Shown here in pieces: positions 61,961-64,000 of a stretch of 64,000 nt of DNA (its first letter is position 1; every line of letters starts with the position of its first letter). The position numbers were made by a program, and so were the translations under genes. Source of the stretch: Octopus sinensis (Eukaryota); contig NC_043011.1 in NCBI RefSeq assembly GCF_006345805.1, positions 48,248,464-48,312,463 on the forward strand, written 5' to 3'. The notes under the pieces were generated by a model. That model worked only from the letters and a program-made list of their open reading frames with translations. It did no database searches and had not been told where the DNA came from.

Positions 61961-62976
61961 TATGTGTGAATGTATGTATGTGTGTATGTATATAAGTATG
62001 TATGTATGTATATGTGTGTATGTATATAAGTATGTATGTATTTATGCGTGTGTGTGTGTGGGTGTGTGTATGTATGCATGTGTGGGCGTGTATGTATTTA
62101 TGTATGTATGTATGAATGTATGTATGTGAGTCTATCAGCAAAAAGTTGTGAATATATATATTTGTATTCCTTGTTTTTCTCAGAAGCAATTATTAATTTT
62201 CAGTCAATGAGGCAGAATTTAATAAAACTTTTGTATGAAATTATAACCAGCTCTCTTTCTCTCTCTCTCCCTCTCTCTTTCTCTGACGTATAATATGTCT
62301 GTGTATATATTGAAGCATATAATACATACATATATACATAACATACACTCTTGTATAATACATATGTTTGTATGTGTGTGCATATGCATATGTAATTATA
62401 CACGAACAGATGGTATACACATACTCATATATGCATTTCGTATACATACTGGATAACTACTTTCCACATAATAACAGAACCATTCAACATTATTTCCAAG
62501 CTGAAGACTAAAACAATTTCTCCACCTGTAATCAAAACAGATTTCCAAAAAAAAAAAAAAATGGTTAAATACACACTTTGGTTTAACAATAACCTATATA
62601 TTTTATTTTCCTTCCTTCTAAATAATAATTATTAAATGAAAACTTCACAAGTTAATATTCCCTTATATGAAAACAAGAAAGAAATCGTTCTAACTACTTA
62701 TTAAGTACTTAAAGCAATTTTATATTTACAATTAATAATATATTTTATATGAGTTACTGCACCTTTGTATTCGATTGCTTCGCAATCATATTCTGTCCTT
62801 TGTATGTAATCTTCTTAGTGTACAGCATTGTATAATATTTGCGTGTGTATATGTGTGAATGCAAGATGGAGCGGTTTTGTTGAGTGATTTTATATAATAA
62901 CACAGGTGTGTATGTGACGGTATTAATGTTAAGTGACTATGTAACACACAAATTCATGTATATACGAATGAGCCTC

Positions 62977-63017
<41 letters not shown>

Positions 63018-63409
63018 ATGCATGCATGTATTTTCTCCCTCTGGAACTCCAAGCAATATTAGGCAATGACTAATGCTACATTTTTTCTGCTTCGTTACAT
63101 AAATGCTTTTTTTTTTGTTAGTTCTTTGATCTTCCCGGCATTTAATAAGCTAACACTAATTTCAGGTATATATGAATGTTTCTCAGTCTGTGGATATACA
63201 TGCAAGCTTATGAATGTGTGTGTGTGTTTCTCTATGTGTGTGTATGTGTGTTCACGTGTGTCTTTATTGCAATGTTTATGCTATATGTGCATGTATATTT
63301 TTTCATCTAGTTTCAGCTCACGAGCTGTGGCCATGCTGGAGCACTGCCATTTGGAGTTGCTACATAATTTTACTTCACGAATGCTTTTTAGCAATTGACA
63401 TTTGGTGCA

Positions 63410-63700
63410 CGAGAGAGTTTGATGCAGCGGCCCTCATCTGCACCCCCTACCGCAAAGTTGGTTCATCTGGGACACTTGACAGGAAGAGGTCCAGCTTTAT
63501 TTTGAAGACATCTACATGCACGCCATGCAGGTCTCTCAGGTCCTTCAGGAGGATATTGAAGAGCTGTGGACCTCTGAAGCCCAGGCTATTGCAGTATCTT
63601 GTCCTACATCTTGATGGCAAATTTGGAGTCCTTGGCACTATGCAGTGGCGCACAGTTCTAGTATTTGTGTAACTCACAATGCCAATATAAACCAATTATT
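63410..63700 (-). mobile_element. CR1/L2-group LINE C-terminal fragment
   Basis: RHCIVPRTPNLPSRCRTRYCNSLGFRGPQLFNILLKDLRDLHGVHVDVFKIKLDLFLSSVPDEPT. Confidence 0.75.
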
Positions 63701-63729
63701 TATATATATAAATCTTTTATTTTTTATCT

Positions 63730-63960
63730 TTTGCAGTCATTTTGACTGCGACCATGCTGGGGCACTTGAAGAATTTTAGTTGAATTAATCAGCACCGGAA
63801 TTTGGTCTTTTGGTCATTTTTTGTTTTTGTTTTGTTTTAAACCTAGCACTTATTCTATCAGTCTCTTTTGCCAAGCTGCTAAGCTGCAGGGACAGAAATA
63901 CACCAATGCCAGTTATCAAATAGTGACAGGGGACAAAGATAGATGCAAAGTCACAAACAC
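63730..63960 (-). mobile_element. SINE A 3' half, older
   Basis: Diverged reverse complement of the family A tail. Confidence 0.65.
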
Positions 63961-64000
63961 TCACACACACACACACAAAACACACACACACACACACACA

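Overview
This is AT-rich eukaryotic DNA dominated by microsatellites and transposable elements. The SINE and LINE families resemble those I recall from octopus genomes; this is recognition from memory, not a search. I found no host gene I can name. Nearly all ORFs in the supplied track are translations of (TA)n, (TG)n, (AAT)n, (GATA)n or SINE sequence, and the several exon-like segments on both strands could not be joined into one frame. The window reads as intron or intergenic DNA. It holds about 25 copies or fragments of a composite tRNA-like SINE (family A), three other tRNA-headed SINE families (B, C, D), and fragments of RTE, CR1, L2-like and R4/Dong-like LINEs. DNA transposons include a piggyBac-type MITE, a mariner fragment, and a full-extent but decayed hAT element (22617-25008) nested in a LINE 3' UTR with an 8-bp TSD. 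The most interesting signals are (1) short (TA)n-inserted elements with type I hammerhead-like folds, with stem I covariation between copies and one copy that starts at the predicted cleavage site; (2) SINE B multimers bounded by a single TSD; and (3) several long fold-back inverted repeats. I see no evidence of a novel multi-gene system. Repeat boundaries are approximate (about +/-10-20 nt) unless a TSD or TIR is quoted.
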